From assembly GCA_951406725.2 (NCBI GenBank), contig OX597814.1, forward strand, positions 45,880,001-45,944,000: a stretch of 64,000 bases of DNA, written 5' to 3'. Shown here one piece after another: positions 41,385 through 53,393 of this stretch. How positions within the stretch are numbered: the stretch's first letter is position 1; every line of letters starts with the position of its first letter. The notes beneath the pieces were generated by a model. The model made no database searches, was not told the DNA's origin, and worked only from the letters and a program-made list of their open reading frames with translations. Made by a program: the position numbers and the translations under genes. This DNA comes from Octopus vulgaris (lineage: Eukaryota).

Positions 41385-41668
41385 TCTTTCTATTTTTAGA
41401 TTTGTTATGAAGGAGTGGACATGGCTGGCTTGTGAGGGAGTATGCTTTGCAACAATAGACTTCTGGGTTCCATCTTACTGCACACCACCACCCTTGACAA
41501 GTCTTCTGCTGTTGCCAACAGACTGCTTGATCACTTCCTATTTGTAAGTGGGACTGAGAAGACAGAAATTGTATGGGAGTCTGTAGTGTGTGCGTGTGTA
41601 CGCATATGTGTATATACGTGAGTTTATAGGTATATATATGTGTGTGTGTGTGAGTATATATTTATGTT

Positions 41669-41705
<37 letters not shown>

Positions 41706-43254
41706 CAGTGCTGCCTTGACTTCCTTCCATGCTGGTGGTACGTAAAAAGCACCCACTACACTCACGGAGTGGTTGGCGTTAGGAAGGGCATCCAGTTGTA
41801 GAAACACTGCCAGATCAGACTGGAGCCTGGTGCAGCCTCATGGCTTCGCAGACCCCGGTCGAACCGTCCAACACATGCTAGCATGGAAAACGGACATTAA
41901 ACGATGATGATGATGATGGATCTCAGTTAGAATTCCGGACCATGATTTTGGAACATATCGAGTCAATTCACAAGGAGAAATCATCAGTGTGACAAAAAGT
42001 TGGACTTTTGAATTAGATACAATCTACTTTACAGGCTTCCATACAATTCCTCTCTACTGATTTTCATTAAGCAGTAGAAAAGGACATGTTCAAGACACCA
42101 CACAGTGGGTTGAACCAAGGGTTATGTGATTCCATAGGAAATTTCTTAACCATTTAGCCATATTGTGTCTACTCACAATTAATCTTTGCATGTCTGTCTG
42201 TCTGTCTCTCTCTCTCTATATATATATATGTAAAAATCATCATCATTTAATGTCCTTTTTTCCAAACTGGCATGGATTGGATGATTTGACAGGAACTGAA
42301 AAGCCAGAAGATTGCACCAAGCTCCATTGTCTGCTTTGGCATGGTTTCTACAATTAGATGCCCTTTTTTTGCTAACCATTTAACAGAATGTACAGGATTC
42401 TTTTTTCATGGCACAAACACTAGTGAGGTCACTGAGTACTTGCAAGATAAAGACCCTCAACTGAGTGGATTGAAGAAGCTCAAAGTATGATGGAGATACA
42501 TGGCTTATATCTAAGTATGTCACCTAATTGATACAACTAATTACTACCAGCCAGTGAAAGAGCTGTTATATGGTTGCTTCATCTGCAGCAACCTCAAATC
42601 ACTCTAAATTTTACAGGGGTAAAGGAAAGAAAAAAATTTAGTTCATTACATCTGAAAAAAAAGAAAAAGAAAATGATGGATTGGTCATAACTGTAACCTA
42701 TATGATCATAAACTGCAGTTTCCAGGCTGAAGTAAGGCTAAATTATTTATGAGTCATTTAACCAATCCACCACTACAATACATGAGTGTTATTTGTTATT
42801 TGTCAAGTACTAAGCTGAACCCCAAAACATAACATTTGGAAATTTTTGGTACATTACAAAGTTCCTACTACTTCAGAATATGACAGTTTCATGATGTAAA
42901 ATGTCAAAGCAAATTTCATTTCTTAACATTACTGAGCAATCAAGCATTTCTCTACAATAACATGATTCATCCTGAGACATTATTTTGCAATATGAAACCA
43001 TTTTTGCTTCTTTTTTTTTTTGTTATAAAAAATAGTATTCTTCCTATGAAAGATGCCTTCATCTAGCATTTAACATAGCTTGAAGATGTAATTTCCTTCT
43101 ACCTATTATATTTCATTCTACTATGTTTATCTTCTGTAGTTTTCTCTGACTTTATGGAACTGCCATTTTAATTCCTGCTTGCCTAAGCCTCAACATGATC
43201 TTAACAAGTGATTAGTGTCATAAGTTGTTGCTTATGAACATGAAATAACACTTC

Positions 43255-43260
43255 TTTATT
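43255..43260 (-). terminator. Candidate polyadenylation signal (AATAAA) of the KMT2E-like gene
   Basis: tttatt on + is AATAAA on -, about 0.9 kb after the stop, in repeat-free sequence. AATAAA is common in AT-rich DNA, so support is weak. Confidence 0.3.
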
Positions 43261-44159
43261 TTTGGCACTCCTTCCAGTTTTATCATTATTATCAACACAA
43301 ATGTAAATCAATTTTAATGAAGGTTTCATATATTAAGCTTCAACTTTTTGTTTAAAAAGACATATAAAGACAGTTCAAAGATATAAGAGTTGCAACTTTC
43401 AAAAACTACTGTCAACCACTGCTGTAGAATTACTGACACATTTAACATACCTGTGGATACAGAAGTGTTAACCCTTTCAGCCATTTATATATAAATTTTA
43501 ATATAATCAACCAGTAAAATAAAAGATAACAACATATAGTCAAAGTAAAAAGGAAAACTGACATGTTTATTTTACACATGTATGCAGGGTTAAACATGCA
43601 GGCAACTTTATACAAGGGCTGGTCATATATATGATGCTGGGAAGGATATGGCCTCTAGACAGTATTAAGACAGATTTCAGATCTACACCAAGGCATTACA
43701 AACATGGCGATTATTAACAATGTAGTCAACCTAGCATGTGCCTCAATTACTGAGGCAATGCAGCTTTTATGAACACGATACTGCACAAAATGGACTGTAC
43801 ACATCCAATAGGAAAATAAAATTTCACCGCGATTTGTGTTCACGCTAAATTTTCTACCTTCATTTTTTTTTTTAAACTTAATGACTTATGTGGGTGAATG
43901 GTGGTTTGTTTTTGTTCTTTTACATTTCTTTTTTTAAATTTTTTATATATACTGCTTCCAGCAACAGATTTATGGCTGCCCAGAGAAAATGAGAGATGAA
44001 AACTTCAGGCAAATTTACAACTTACAAATAATGAATGATCAGATGACAGCATATATACAAGCCAAATGTGAGGATTTATGTACATTCCACCGATTTCTTA
44101 TCTAAGATGACAGACTGATTTGTCAGCTGAACTATGTATAGCGAGTGAATAACAAAATC

Positions 44160-44812
44160 TTAGTAGTTCTGGGATTGGTTGTATTTGGACCGAGGGAAAT
44201 AAGTTTTGGGTGTAGATGATGATAATTGTGTTTGATTAATGGTGTAAGGTTGTTGTTGTTGTTGCTGTGGAGGAGGAGGTGGTGGTGGTGGTGGAAGAGG
44301 TTGTTGGGTTTGTGTTGTAGTGAAAGGCTGGGGAGGTGGATGATTAGAAGGGTTTCCAGTTGGAGCAGGAGGGGGTACATAGGGAGGTGCCACATGTTGT
44401 GGTGGAGGTGGATAGTTACCTCCATTTGGAGGTGGAGGTAAAATTGCTTGAGGGGGTGGAGGAGGTTGCCGTACATATGTTGTTCCATGTGGTGGAGGGG
44501 GTGGAGGTGGAGGCATCTGAAAGTTTGCAGTGCTCTGATTCTGAAGTACAAGCGATTGTCCTTGACAAGGAATTTGTCCGGTGTTTGGAGGAGGAGGGGG
44601 TGGAGGAGGATGTGTAAACTGTGACTGCTGAAGTGCTGGTCCTGGCAATTGAGGTGGCGGCGGTCCATAATTTGCTGTTGCTTGAGATACTGGCGGAGGA
44701 GGTCCAGGCGGATACTGTGGAGGTTGACTGGACACCGCTGGAACTGGAGCTGGATGGCTAAACTGAGTGGTCTGAGTTGATGATTGGAGGTGAGATGCAC
44801 TAGATACAACAC
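44160..44812 (-). CDS. KMT2E: KMT2E-like terminal coding exon (GVVSSASHLQ...FPRSKYNQSQNY*)
   Basis: Acceptor cattatag|GT, phase 1, open to TAA at 44160; contains ORF 44160..44735; extremely Pro/Gln-rich. Confidence 0.8.
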
Positions 44813-45860
44813 CTATAATGAAAGAAAAATAAATAACAGCCAGTTTAAAAAAAATATTAGAGAATGAGAGGGAGAGAATAAGAGAGAGAGAATGAGGGAG
44901 GGAAAAAGATTATTTTAATAAAAAAAAATTTTTTTACTTATGCTCAAATGTTAACTTTGAGAGATAGAGGTATTGATATTATTTATATGATTAACCAATC
45001 TATCCTTAGTTCAGTGATTCCTCATAGAAATGGCCATTAGTATGAGGGAATTTCTTTGCATGAAAGGAAAAAACTGGTTTCATCAAAGAAATAATTTGAT
45101 ATAATCTACAAAAAGCTGTTAATAGCAATTTGATCATCTCAATCTTCAATCATAAAAGAATTTCTGGCAAAAATTATAAAGAGCTCAGAAACAGGACCTA
45201 ATTTTTGGGATCAAAACTCTCACTGGCAGAAAGTAGTCCACTACCACATGCACATTAGCATAAATGTATTGTGGAAGTTAAAAGGATCTCAGATAGCATT
45301 TTTTTTCTTAGAAAACAGAGACAAAATCTGAATACAATACTTTTAAGTCAAATGTCTTTTAACTTTATATTAAACTGAGTTTTAAAAAAAAGAAATGCTA
45401 TGTAAAAAGGAAGTTATGTAAATAATATACAAAAAATAAAAGGAAAATCGGTATTAAAATTAATAGTGCACACGGAAAGAACTTAAAAGGTTCAAATTAA
45501 ATAAGTTTCTACAGGTGTTTACACACTAATCAATTAATTACAGGTATAAACACATATCACAAAAATCATATTAAAGGGTTTGGTTTAGTAAAAGTAATGA
45601 CATCAATTCATTACAACTGAATTTTAAAAATTCAATATCATTTAATTTTCCAACAACTAATATATTTTTTTCTTTTTTAATAACATCCCTTTACTTTTAT
45701 TTCAGCAACAAAATATATTTTTCGTCTCTTCTATCTTGACATTGGGCAACAGTCCAAAATGTTAATTTCACTTCTTTCCTTCACAGTACTACATTGATTG
45801 TGCTGTTTCTTCACCCTCCAAATTTGTTTATGAGCTACTCTGGATATATAATATTTATAA

Positions 45861-46156
45861 GTGAGGGCGCGTGGCTTAGTGGTTAGGGCATTCGACTCAT
45901 GATCGTAAGGTTGTGAGTTTGATTCCCGGCGACACGTTGTGTCCTTGAGCAAGACACTTTATTTCATGTTGCTCCAGTCCACTCAGCTGGCAAAAATGAG
46001 TTGTACTTGTATTTCAAAGGGTCAGCCTTGTCACTCTCTGTGTCACGCTGATTATCCCCGAGAACTACGTTAAGGGTACACGTTATTTTCACGAGCAAGC
46101 TGTTCCGTTGATCGTATCAGCTGGGACCCTCGTTGTCGTAACCGGCGGAGTCTTTC
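45861..46156 (+). mobile_element. Young full-length tRNA-derived SINE in a KMT2E-like intron
   Basis: A box tggcttagtgg, B-box-like gagtttgattccc, CORE-like gtgtccttgagcaagacactt; 11-bp TSD aatatttataa at 45850-45860 and 46157-46167; CpGs retained. Confidence 0.85.
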
Positions 46157-46318
46157 AATATTTATAACATATAATATTTTAAAAACCCATTAGACATTTC
46201 CCTTTGTTTTTTTTTATTAAAATGTTTCACAAAATTTTTACTTTTTATTTGTAATTTCAGTTTGAAAATATAATTATCTACCTTAAAAAGTATTAATCGA
46301 CTATATATAGCAACTTAC

Positions 46319-46885
46319 CTTGATAGGCATAATGTGTGTGATGTTGTGATATTTGGGGTAATGGTGGAGGAGGTTGCTGCTGAGGCTGCTGTTGTGGAGG
46401 TGGTGGCTGTTGAGGAACTGCCTGAACATTTGGAGGAGGTGGAGGAGGGCCAACTACACATGGAGGACGAGGTGATGTTATGAGGGGCATAGGAGGGGGA
46501 GGTGGTGGGGCTGCTGAGACCACTGGTCCAGGTGGAGGGACCTGTTGTGGAGGAGGAGGTGGGAGCTGATTCTGAGTTGGCAGTGGTGGTGGTGGTCCAG
46601 GTTGACCAGCTGGAGCTTGAAATCGCTGGTGATATGTCTGAATAGACATCAAAGAAGGTATTACTGGACTTTCAGAAACAGCAACAGTAGATGGTGGTGG
46701 GGGAGGAGGTGGGAGTGGAGTACTTTGATTTGGTATCAGCAGTCGAGATTGATGAGGTGGTGGTGGTGGTGGTGGTAAAGGAGGTCTTCCCGAGAGCATA
46801 GACCCTTGCAGTTGATTTTGTAAGGGAGGGTACTGTGTTAGTACAGAATGACTTGGAGCAACAGGCAATGGTTCTGCCAACAATT
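46319..46885 (-). CDS. KMT2E: KMT2E-like Pro/Gln-rich exon (ELLAEPLPVAP...HYAYQ)
   Basis: Acceptor cattttag|AA, donor CAAG|gtaagt; 567 nt, phase 1 to 1; coincides with ORF 46293..46883. Confidence 0.8.
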
Positions 46886-49670
46886 CTAAAATGGAAATTA
46901 AAAATTATTAATTACTAAATTATTTTTGGTAGGTTTCACACAAATACAGTGCAATAAACAAATTTTCAATCAGAGAAATAACTGAAAAGAAAAAAATTTT
47001 TTAGAGAAAAATTTTTAACTCAAGCAATCAAAATTTATATTAGTTTTTTTTTAATCTCTAGTTTTTGTGGTTAAGAAATATTGATTTCTTGAATGCATAC
47101 AAATGACCCTCAGTATTTTTACCTGTTTGTTTATATATATTGCCCCAAAGTTCATAATAATGGGATATCAACTGAAAATATACACAGATGAAACAGAATA
47201 CTGAAAACCTAGGGCAATAGTGAAATGTTTCACTGACTTTTTCAACTCACTGCTCAAAACAGATGAAGAAATATTGGAAATAAAACATTCAAAAATATCT
47301 ATTAATAGTGCTGTTAAACATTTGAATTTAAAGCAAACAGTTGACAAAGTGAATAAAAACAAACCTCAAAATTAAAACAAATACTTTAACAGCAACACAA
47401 GCTTTTACAAAATATAACAGTTTGGTTGTAAAGACCATAAAAAAAACAAGAAAGAAAGAAAATTCTTAATGTTCAGATTTCATACCACAAGAGTTGTTAC
47501 CAAATCTTCATGCTTTAGATAAATGGCTTATTTAATGAAGCAAAATGTCCAAGGCATGCTTAGCAAGTGTTCTATGTATGCCTTACACTTATGTAATCTT
47601 ATAAAGATCCCCAATGCAAATACATCTATATGTTTGGCATGTAACTGTATTTCAGTTCTTCTGATTTGAGGAAAGCCTCTGTATTGTAGACTATAGAAAT
47701 AGTTAACATAAAAAATAACAAATTTAGGAACATTTTGGAAACTTGGAATGTCACACTGACAGCTAGAAGTTTGGTTAATGAGTGGAAAAAAAATCTATTT
47801 CAATCCAAAAGAGATACAAAACTATTAGAATCTATTGCATCTTTAAGTTTAGTTGAAATAGGTAAGAAGATACTTGTAAGTAAGCATATATTTACTGTAT
47901 ACATTTAATTTTATTTCACCTTTATTACAGGCCAAACTAAAAATGTAAATGCTTTCTTTTTGATACTGGTGTACGGAAAAAAGCAGGAGGGATTCTCCGG
48001 GTTTTCTCTAAGAGTGGTCAACATTGTAAAACAGTTCGTCAAGAGACTCTTCTTTATTCCACACATCAATAGCATAGAAAGAATGTATTTTCATTATTAT
48101 TTCACTCTCAGTGAGGCCTTGTAATATTTAAAACTATTTCAGTTCTTCTGATTTATGTTGTGCATAAAATATTGTCCTTCATCTAAACAAACAAGATTAT
48201 TTCTTGTTCAATAATGCTAACAACTACTGTCATATAATAAATATAAGTTACCTATTTGAGATATCTGATACATTAAAAACACAAATTCTTCAAGGCAACT
48301 GTTACATTCTACAGCCTTTCTCATAAGTGTACAAAGAAAAATTTATAAAACCTTCAATGAAAAGGTTGCATACATTGCAAGAAAAAATGACAACAATGCA
48401 TCATGTAATGAAATGAATGTGTTAAGACTGGCAATGGATTCTCACTGAATACCATCAAGGTGTAAATGTTCATTATTCATCATCAACATTTATACCTATT
48501 TCCCATGTTGGATGAGTTATCACAACTCAAACCAGGACTTATTTTTGGAGTTACTGTAGTCCCAGATTGGTTGGAAGACAACTTGCTTATAGCTTCTATT
48601 TTTGGTATGGTTTCTATGGTGGGATTTCTTAACACCAGCCGTTTTACAAAGTGCATTGGGTACCAACTACATTGTCTTCACTCAAATGCCAGCCACTTTA
48701 TCAAGTGTACTGGGTACATTTTAATGTGGTAGCAACACGAGAGGTTGCCATGTTCTTTGTGAGACTAAGAAGCCCTCTCTATGCAATGTTCTTTTCAAGG
48801 CACAAGTGACCAAAAGTGACAGAAGACAGTATCAAATATGAATATGATGGTGGTGGGGCAGTTTAATATGGAAGAAAATTGGATAGAAAAACAGCATGAG
48901 CAACTAAATGGGACAGTGATAAAGATGTGTCATATTAGGAGAGAATGAGTGAGTGATAACAGCATGGAAACAGTAGGAGATGTAAACAATAAGGGAGAGA
49001 ATGATAGCTAGTAGAAGGTGATACAAGAGAGTATTAAAATATAGACAGATCTGAAGATATTCCTCATTAAATTAAGGTTTCCTATTTGTACTCTAGTACT
49101 TACAAATAAACTTTTGTTCACTTCACATAACTCCCTTCTAATCAAATCTATACCATTTCAGTTCACATTTTACTTTCCAAGTTTCTTTGAGTTAAATTTA
49201 ACTTATTTTTTAGACCCATCAGATGCATTTCTGTTTTGATTATATTTAATTGAAGAAACCATTGCACAATATAATTCTTTTGATGTATGAAAAATGCAAT
49301 TAATTTTTGATATGCTGAGAAACTTTTTAAAATATGGGCAAAAGGAATTAAATATATTTTCAGTCATCCGTGTACCATACTTTTGAGTTTTTATCTCAAC
49401 TAAAAGATTTCAGAATAATTCATAATCAAAACCCAACCTGATTTTCAAAACTAATTTAGTTAGTGCATATTTACATTTTTATGTTAGAAAATTTTGAGAG
49501 AGTATCATACATAGGAAAAAAAATAAAAGGATTCACAGTATCTACAATGAAGTACAATTGAACTAAAATCTGGTGCAATAATGGCTACATTGGCACAGCT
49601 ATAACAAAACAAAAAAGAAACCTATACTTAAAAATGCGTATTTAACATGCAAGAAGAAAGAAATAAGGAA

Positions 49671-49711
<41 letters not shown>

Positions 49712-50604
49712 AAATGCCAAAGAAGAGAGTAAATTTGGTAATAATTACCATTGAAGAAACAAACAGAACAGCCCATAATCACACATTCACAAGAACAGAG
49801 AAATACAATATCAAAAACTTCTCCAATACTTTATTGAACAAAAATAAGACAATAAAAAGCTTACAAAGAAAATATTTTACATCTGCTATTTAGACAAGAA
49901 CAACATCAAAATATAAATAGTTATACAAAAACCTGTAAAAACTCTTAACAGTAGCATTATTCTCTTTTACTGGCTTCAGTCATGGACTGTAGCCATGCTT
50001 GAGTACTGCCTTAAAGAATTTAATTGATCAAATCTACCTCCGTACATTCTCTTTTTGCCAAACTGCTTAGTTATGGGTTGCGTAAGCAGACCAACAGAGG
50101 TGGTTATGCAGCGAGAGACAAACACAAAGATATGTATATAAATATATGATGGGCTTCTGTGCAGTTTCCATTTACCAAATTCAATCACAAGGCATTGATT
50201 GGTTTGGGACCACAGCCAAAGACACTTACCCAAGGTGTCATATATGGTAATGAACCCAAAACTACATGGTTGTGAATTGATATTCTTAACCACACAACCA
50301 AGTTTGTACCTATTCTACAAAAAATTTTAAAAGAAAGTTTATAAACTAAGTTTTAAAAATTCAGAAATAAAATACTTCTCAGAAAACATGACAAAAATAA
50401 TGAAGCTAAAGAAATATGATAGAAACAAACAATGAGATGCTGCATTCTAAGACAGACCAGTTGTGAAGACATCAATATTTGTGCAATTAATTAAGCAAAA
50501 TATCACTTGCAGATGTGTATACACTGAGCTTATGAACAACAGAAGACATAGTATCAGGCAGAGTTAACAAGCAGGACAAGACATAAATATACAAAAAAAC
50601 TCAC

Positions 50605-50715
50605 CCTCACCAGAAGGGTTGCCAGGGTGATGTAGATGAGGTTGCACACTGCTAGGTGGTGGTGGAGGGGGTGGGGGAGTTTGTACAGACTGCCTTTTAC
50701 AATGCCATTTCGATT
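50605..50715 (-). CDS. KMT2E: KMT2E-like exon (ESKWHCKRQSVQTPPPPPPPPSSVQPHLHHPGNPSGE)
   Basis: Acceptor tttttag|AA; donor G|gtgagt at 50604, or alternative G|gtgagg at 50610; 111 or 105 nt, phase 1 to 1, with a poly-Pro run. Confidence 0.72.
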
Positions 50716-51311
50716 CTAAAAAGGTATTTGTGGAATACTGTCAACACTTGTTTTGATTATTCATAACAAAATAAAAATTATTACAATTCATTTTTTTTAA
50801 AACCAATAAAATTAATTTATATATAAAAAAAATTCTCTATCACTTTTGAAGCTTTCAATAAATGAAGAACACTCAAAAAACAATTCTTGTTAACTTCAAC
50901 ATGAAAGCAAAGTATCTTAATTACTTGAAAGACATTGTTAAAAAGAGGGGAAGGTTTTTAATGAAAATTACAAAATTAAGGAAATATTCATTAAACTCAC
51001 TACACAGTAAATTTGCAGATTATACATAAACACACAATAATTTCTGATTAAAAAAAATAGTTAAAAAAAAAATGCGGACATGCATAGGGATCAATTGTTA
51101 ATTTTAGCTTCCAAAGAACAAATGGAGAGAATAATTTAAAAACTGGATTATTTAAATTAAGACGTCATATTAAACAAATTATGAACCAAATAGGTGCAAG
51201 TGACACACAACTTTTATTAAACTAACTTGTGACTCGCAACTATAAATTATTTGATATAGGATAATTTCTTAATAACTTTTTCCTTATAATGTAGATAAGA
51301 AAAATGGCTTT

Positions 51312-51917
51312 ATATAGCTATGGTAAGACCTCACCTGGAATTTGCATCACCGGTCTGGAACCCCTATCTTGCCCTGGATATTAATCGTCTGGAAGCCGTT
51401 CAGCGACGTGCAACCAAAAGAATATCCTCCATCAGGCATTTGCCATATTCTGAACGCCTTACTTTCCTGGGCATGGACACATTGAAACTCCGATGTCTGA
51501 CAGCTGACTTGGCACAGACACCCATAAAATTATTAACCATCTTACAAACAATAACTCTGAGCACCTTTTCAGACTCCACCCGTCTAACACCCGTGGACAT
51601 ATTTATAAAGTCAGAAAACAGCACAGCTCCCATGACTTTCGGAAACATTTTTTCACGCTGAGAGTTGCTGAAGCATGGAACAAACTGCCGGCATCAGTTG
51701 TTAGTTGTCGGAGCACTGCATCCTTCAAAACTTCCATGCTTTCTGAGATTCGCCAACACTACACCTGATTTTCTCCCCTCCATACACACACAAGCATGTA
51801 TCTGACTCATACATTGTTCGCTTTCCAGACATTTTTACATTACTGCATATACTTTATACGCACTTTCTGACATGTTGTGGTGCACCTGAGCACTGTATAC
51901 AATAATTTCATTATTAT
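51312..51917 (+). mobile_element. CR1-type LINE 3' fragment
   Basis: MVRPHLEFASPVWNPYL...VQRRATKRI homologous to 7888-8334; one frameshift; longer 3'UTR subfamily. Confidence 0.9.
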
Positions 51918-52119
51918 AAGAGAGACCCAATAACTTAAAAACTAGAAAATACTCATAATTTTTGTACAAATGTTTTATCAATAATGTAAAATAAGCTACA
52001 CTTGATTACATAATATCTTTCTGGAAATTCAAGTGCTTAATTATTATGACCAATCAAAATAACATGTCTGACACAACAATTATAAATTTTCTATAAGATA
52101 TTGAACTGAAAATTCATAC

Positions 52120-52233
52120 CAGTTTTGTTTTCCTCTTCATCGCTTTCTTCAAGACCAAATTCTTGCCGTAACCTTTCTGTGAGACTCATAGGTTTTTCTG
52201 TCCATCGTGACTCAGACTTTTTGTCTCGATGTT
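52120..52233 (-). CDS. KMT2E: KMT2E-like exon (EHRDKKSESRWTEKPMSLTERLRQEFGLEESDEEENKT)
   Basis: Acceptor ctattag|AA, donor ACTG|gtatga; 114 nt, phase 1 to 1, open in the frame set by the previous exon. Confidence 0.75.
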
Positions 52234-52668
52234 CTAATAGGAATAAAATTCAAGTAAGAGAAAATAATTTTTCACTAATCAAGAATTATTTTATTTCTGT
52301 AAAATAAGGAAATTAATACATGAACAATTCAAGTGCAACTAATAGTAGCAGATTTTGAAATTTCTTGTGTACAAGAAACACTCCCAATTGTAATGAAATT
52401 AGAGAACATGACTAAATGAATTTCTATTTCAGTAAGAAATTTGATATTGGAAAATGAAAATATTTTATATGCAGTTAAAAACAAAACAAAACAAAACAAG
52501 AAAATCATTACCAAAACTGCCACACAGAATAGAGAAATCAATTATATCTATTTTGGGGCTTCACCTGAGTGTCAGAGCTGAAAAGTGATGGTTCTCCTAA
52601 GATTGATAAAATAAAATACCATTAGTAACACTGAGGTTCAGAAAACCAATACCTTCAACCCTTGTTAA

Positions 52669-52882
52669 CTCTTTCATTACCAACCTGGCTGAAACTGGCT
52701 CTGAGTACAAATGTCTAGTTTTCATAAGTTTTGAATTAAATTCTTCCACCAAACCTTAGTCATAATTTATGTCCCTAACACTAGCTGAATGATAACTAAG
52801 CTATTTTACTAAATTCTTTGTTATATTTAAAGTAATTGAAAGGAACACAGAGCATTTCAGAATAAATACAGTAATGAAAGGG
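52669..52882. mobile_element. piggyBac-type MITE
   Basis: ttaa|ctctttcattac ... gtaatgaaaggg|ttaa; related copies at about 304-542, 33302-35205 (split) and 36735-36914. Confidence 0.7.
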
Positions 52883-53200
52883 TTAAACAAAAAAAATAAT
52901 TAGTTGCTTTTCTAAGAATTTTGTTATAAAAAAAAAAAAAGGACTGCATTGTAATACTTGATCAAATATCAAATTTCCTCATTAAATTTTCTTTTTTAGT
53001 TACAAAATAGCAAATTTAACAAATTATATCTTAAAACTTGCTTTGCAGACTATGTGAAAGAGCTTTGTATTTTAATCATTATTTCAGTCTTTTTTAGATT
53101 GTTACAACAAAATGGTCACCTAAGCCCTGTCTCACTCAAACAGGGAAACTAACTAAAATACATTTCAGAATTAGATTAACAAGAATAAATTGCAAAATAC

Positions 53201-53393
53201 CTTTTACTTCTGATGACTCGTTTTCCTTTGCAGGACTAACAGGTTCAACAAATAAGGGGAGTACAGCTAATGTTGGAGCTTTATCAGCTGGAACTGGAGT
53301 TGACTTTGTTGACACCTTGCCTTGTGAGTATGCAGAAGCAGCATTTGGATCTTTCTTCTCTTTTAACCTTTTACGATATTCTAGCAAGCTGAC
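53201..53393 (-). CDS. KMT2E: KMT2E/SETD5/UpSET-like protein, internal exon (VSLLEYRKRLKEKKDP...ESSEVK)
   Basis: Acceptor tcatcag|GTC, donor AAAG|gtattt; 193 nt, phase 0 to 1. VSLLEYRKR matches, from memory, the KKVSLLEYRKR motif of KMT2E/SETD5, and the downstream exons give the Pro-rich tail typical of KMT2E. The family call is by recall, not by search. Confidence 0.72.

Noticed and set aside
44132-44812. 226-aa alternative frame spanning the whole last exon
   Set aside because: C-rich Pro codons rarely create stops in shifted frames, and the upstream donor phase selects the Pro-rich frame.
45864-45930. tRNA-like sequence with a CAT loop
   Set aside because: It is the head of a SINE with body and TSD; the acceptor stem does not close.
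44226-46778. Plus-strand Trp/Arg/Glu-rich ORFs and G-quadruplex-like GGAGGTGG runs
   Set aside because: Antisense shadow of poly-proline codons.
47648-47720. C/D-box snoRNA reading of the repeated ...AGAAGAACUGA motif
   Set aside because: No RUGAUGA C box or terminal stem at a suitable distance in either copy.
53201-53393. Cyclin T or PGC-1/PPRC1 assignment (also have SLxEYR motifs)
   Set aside because: The exact VSLLEYRKR and the Pro/Gln tail without an RRM fit KMT2E/SETD5 better; BLAST confirmation is still needed.
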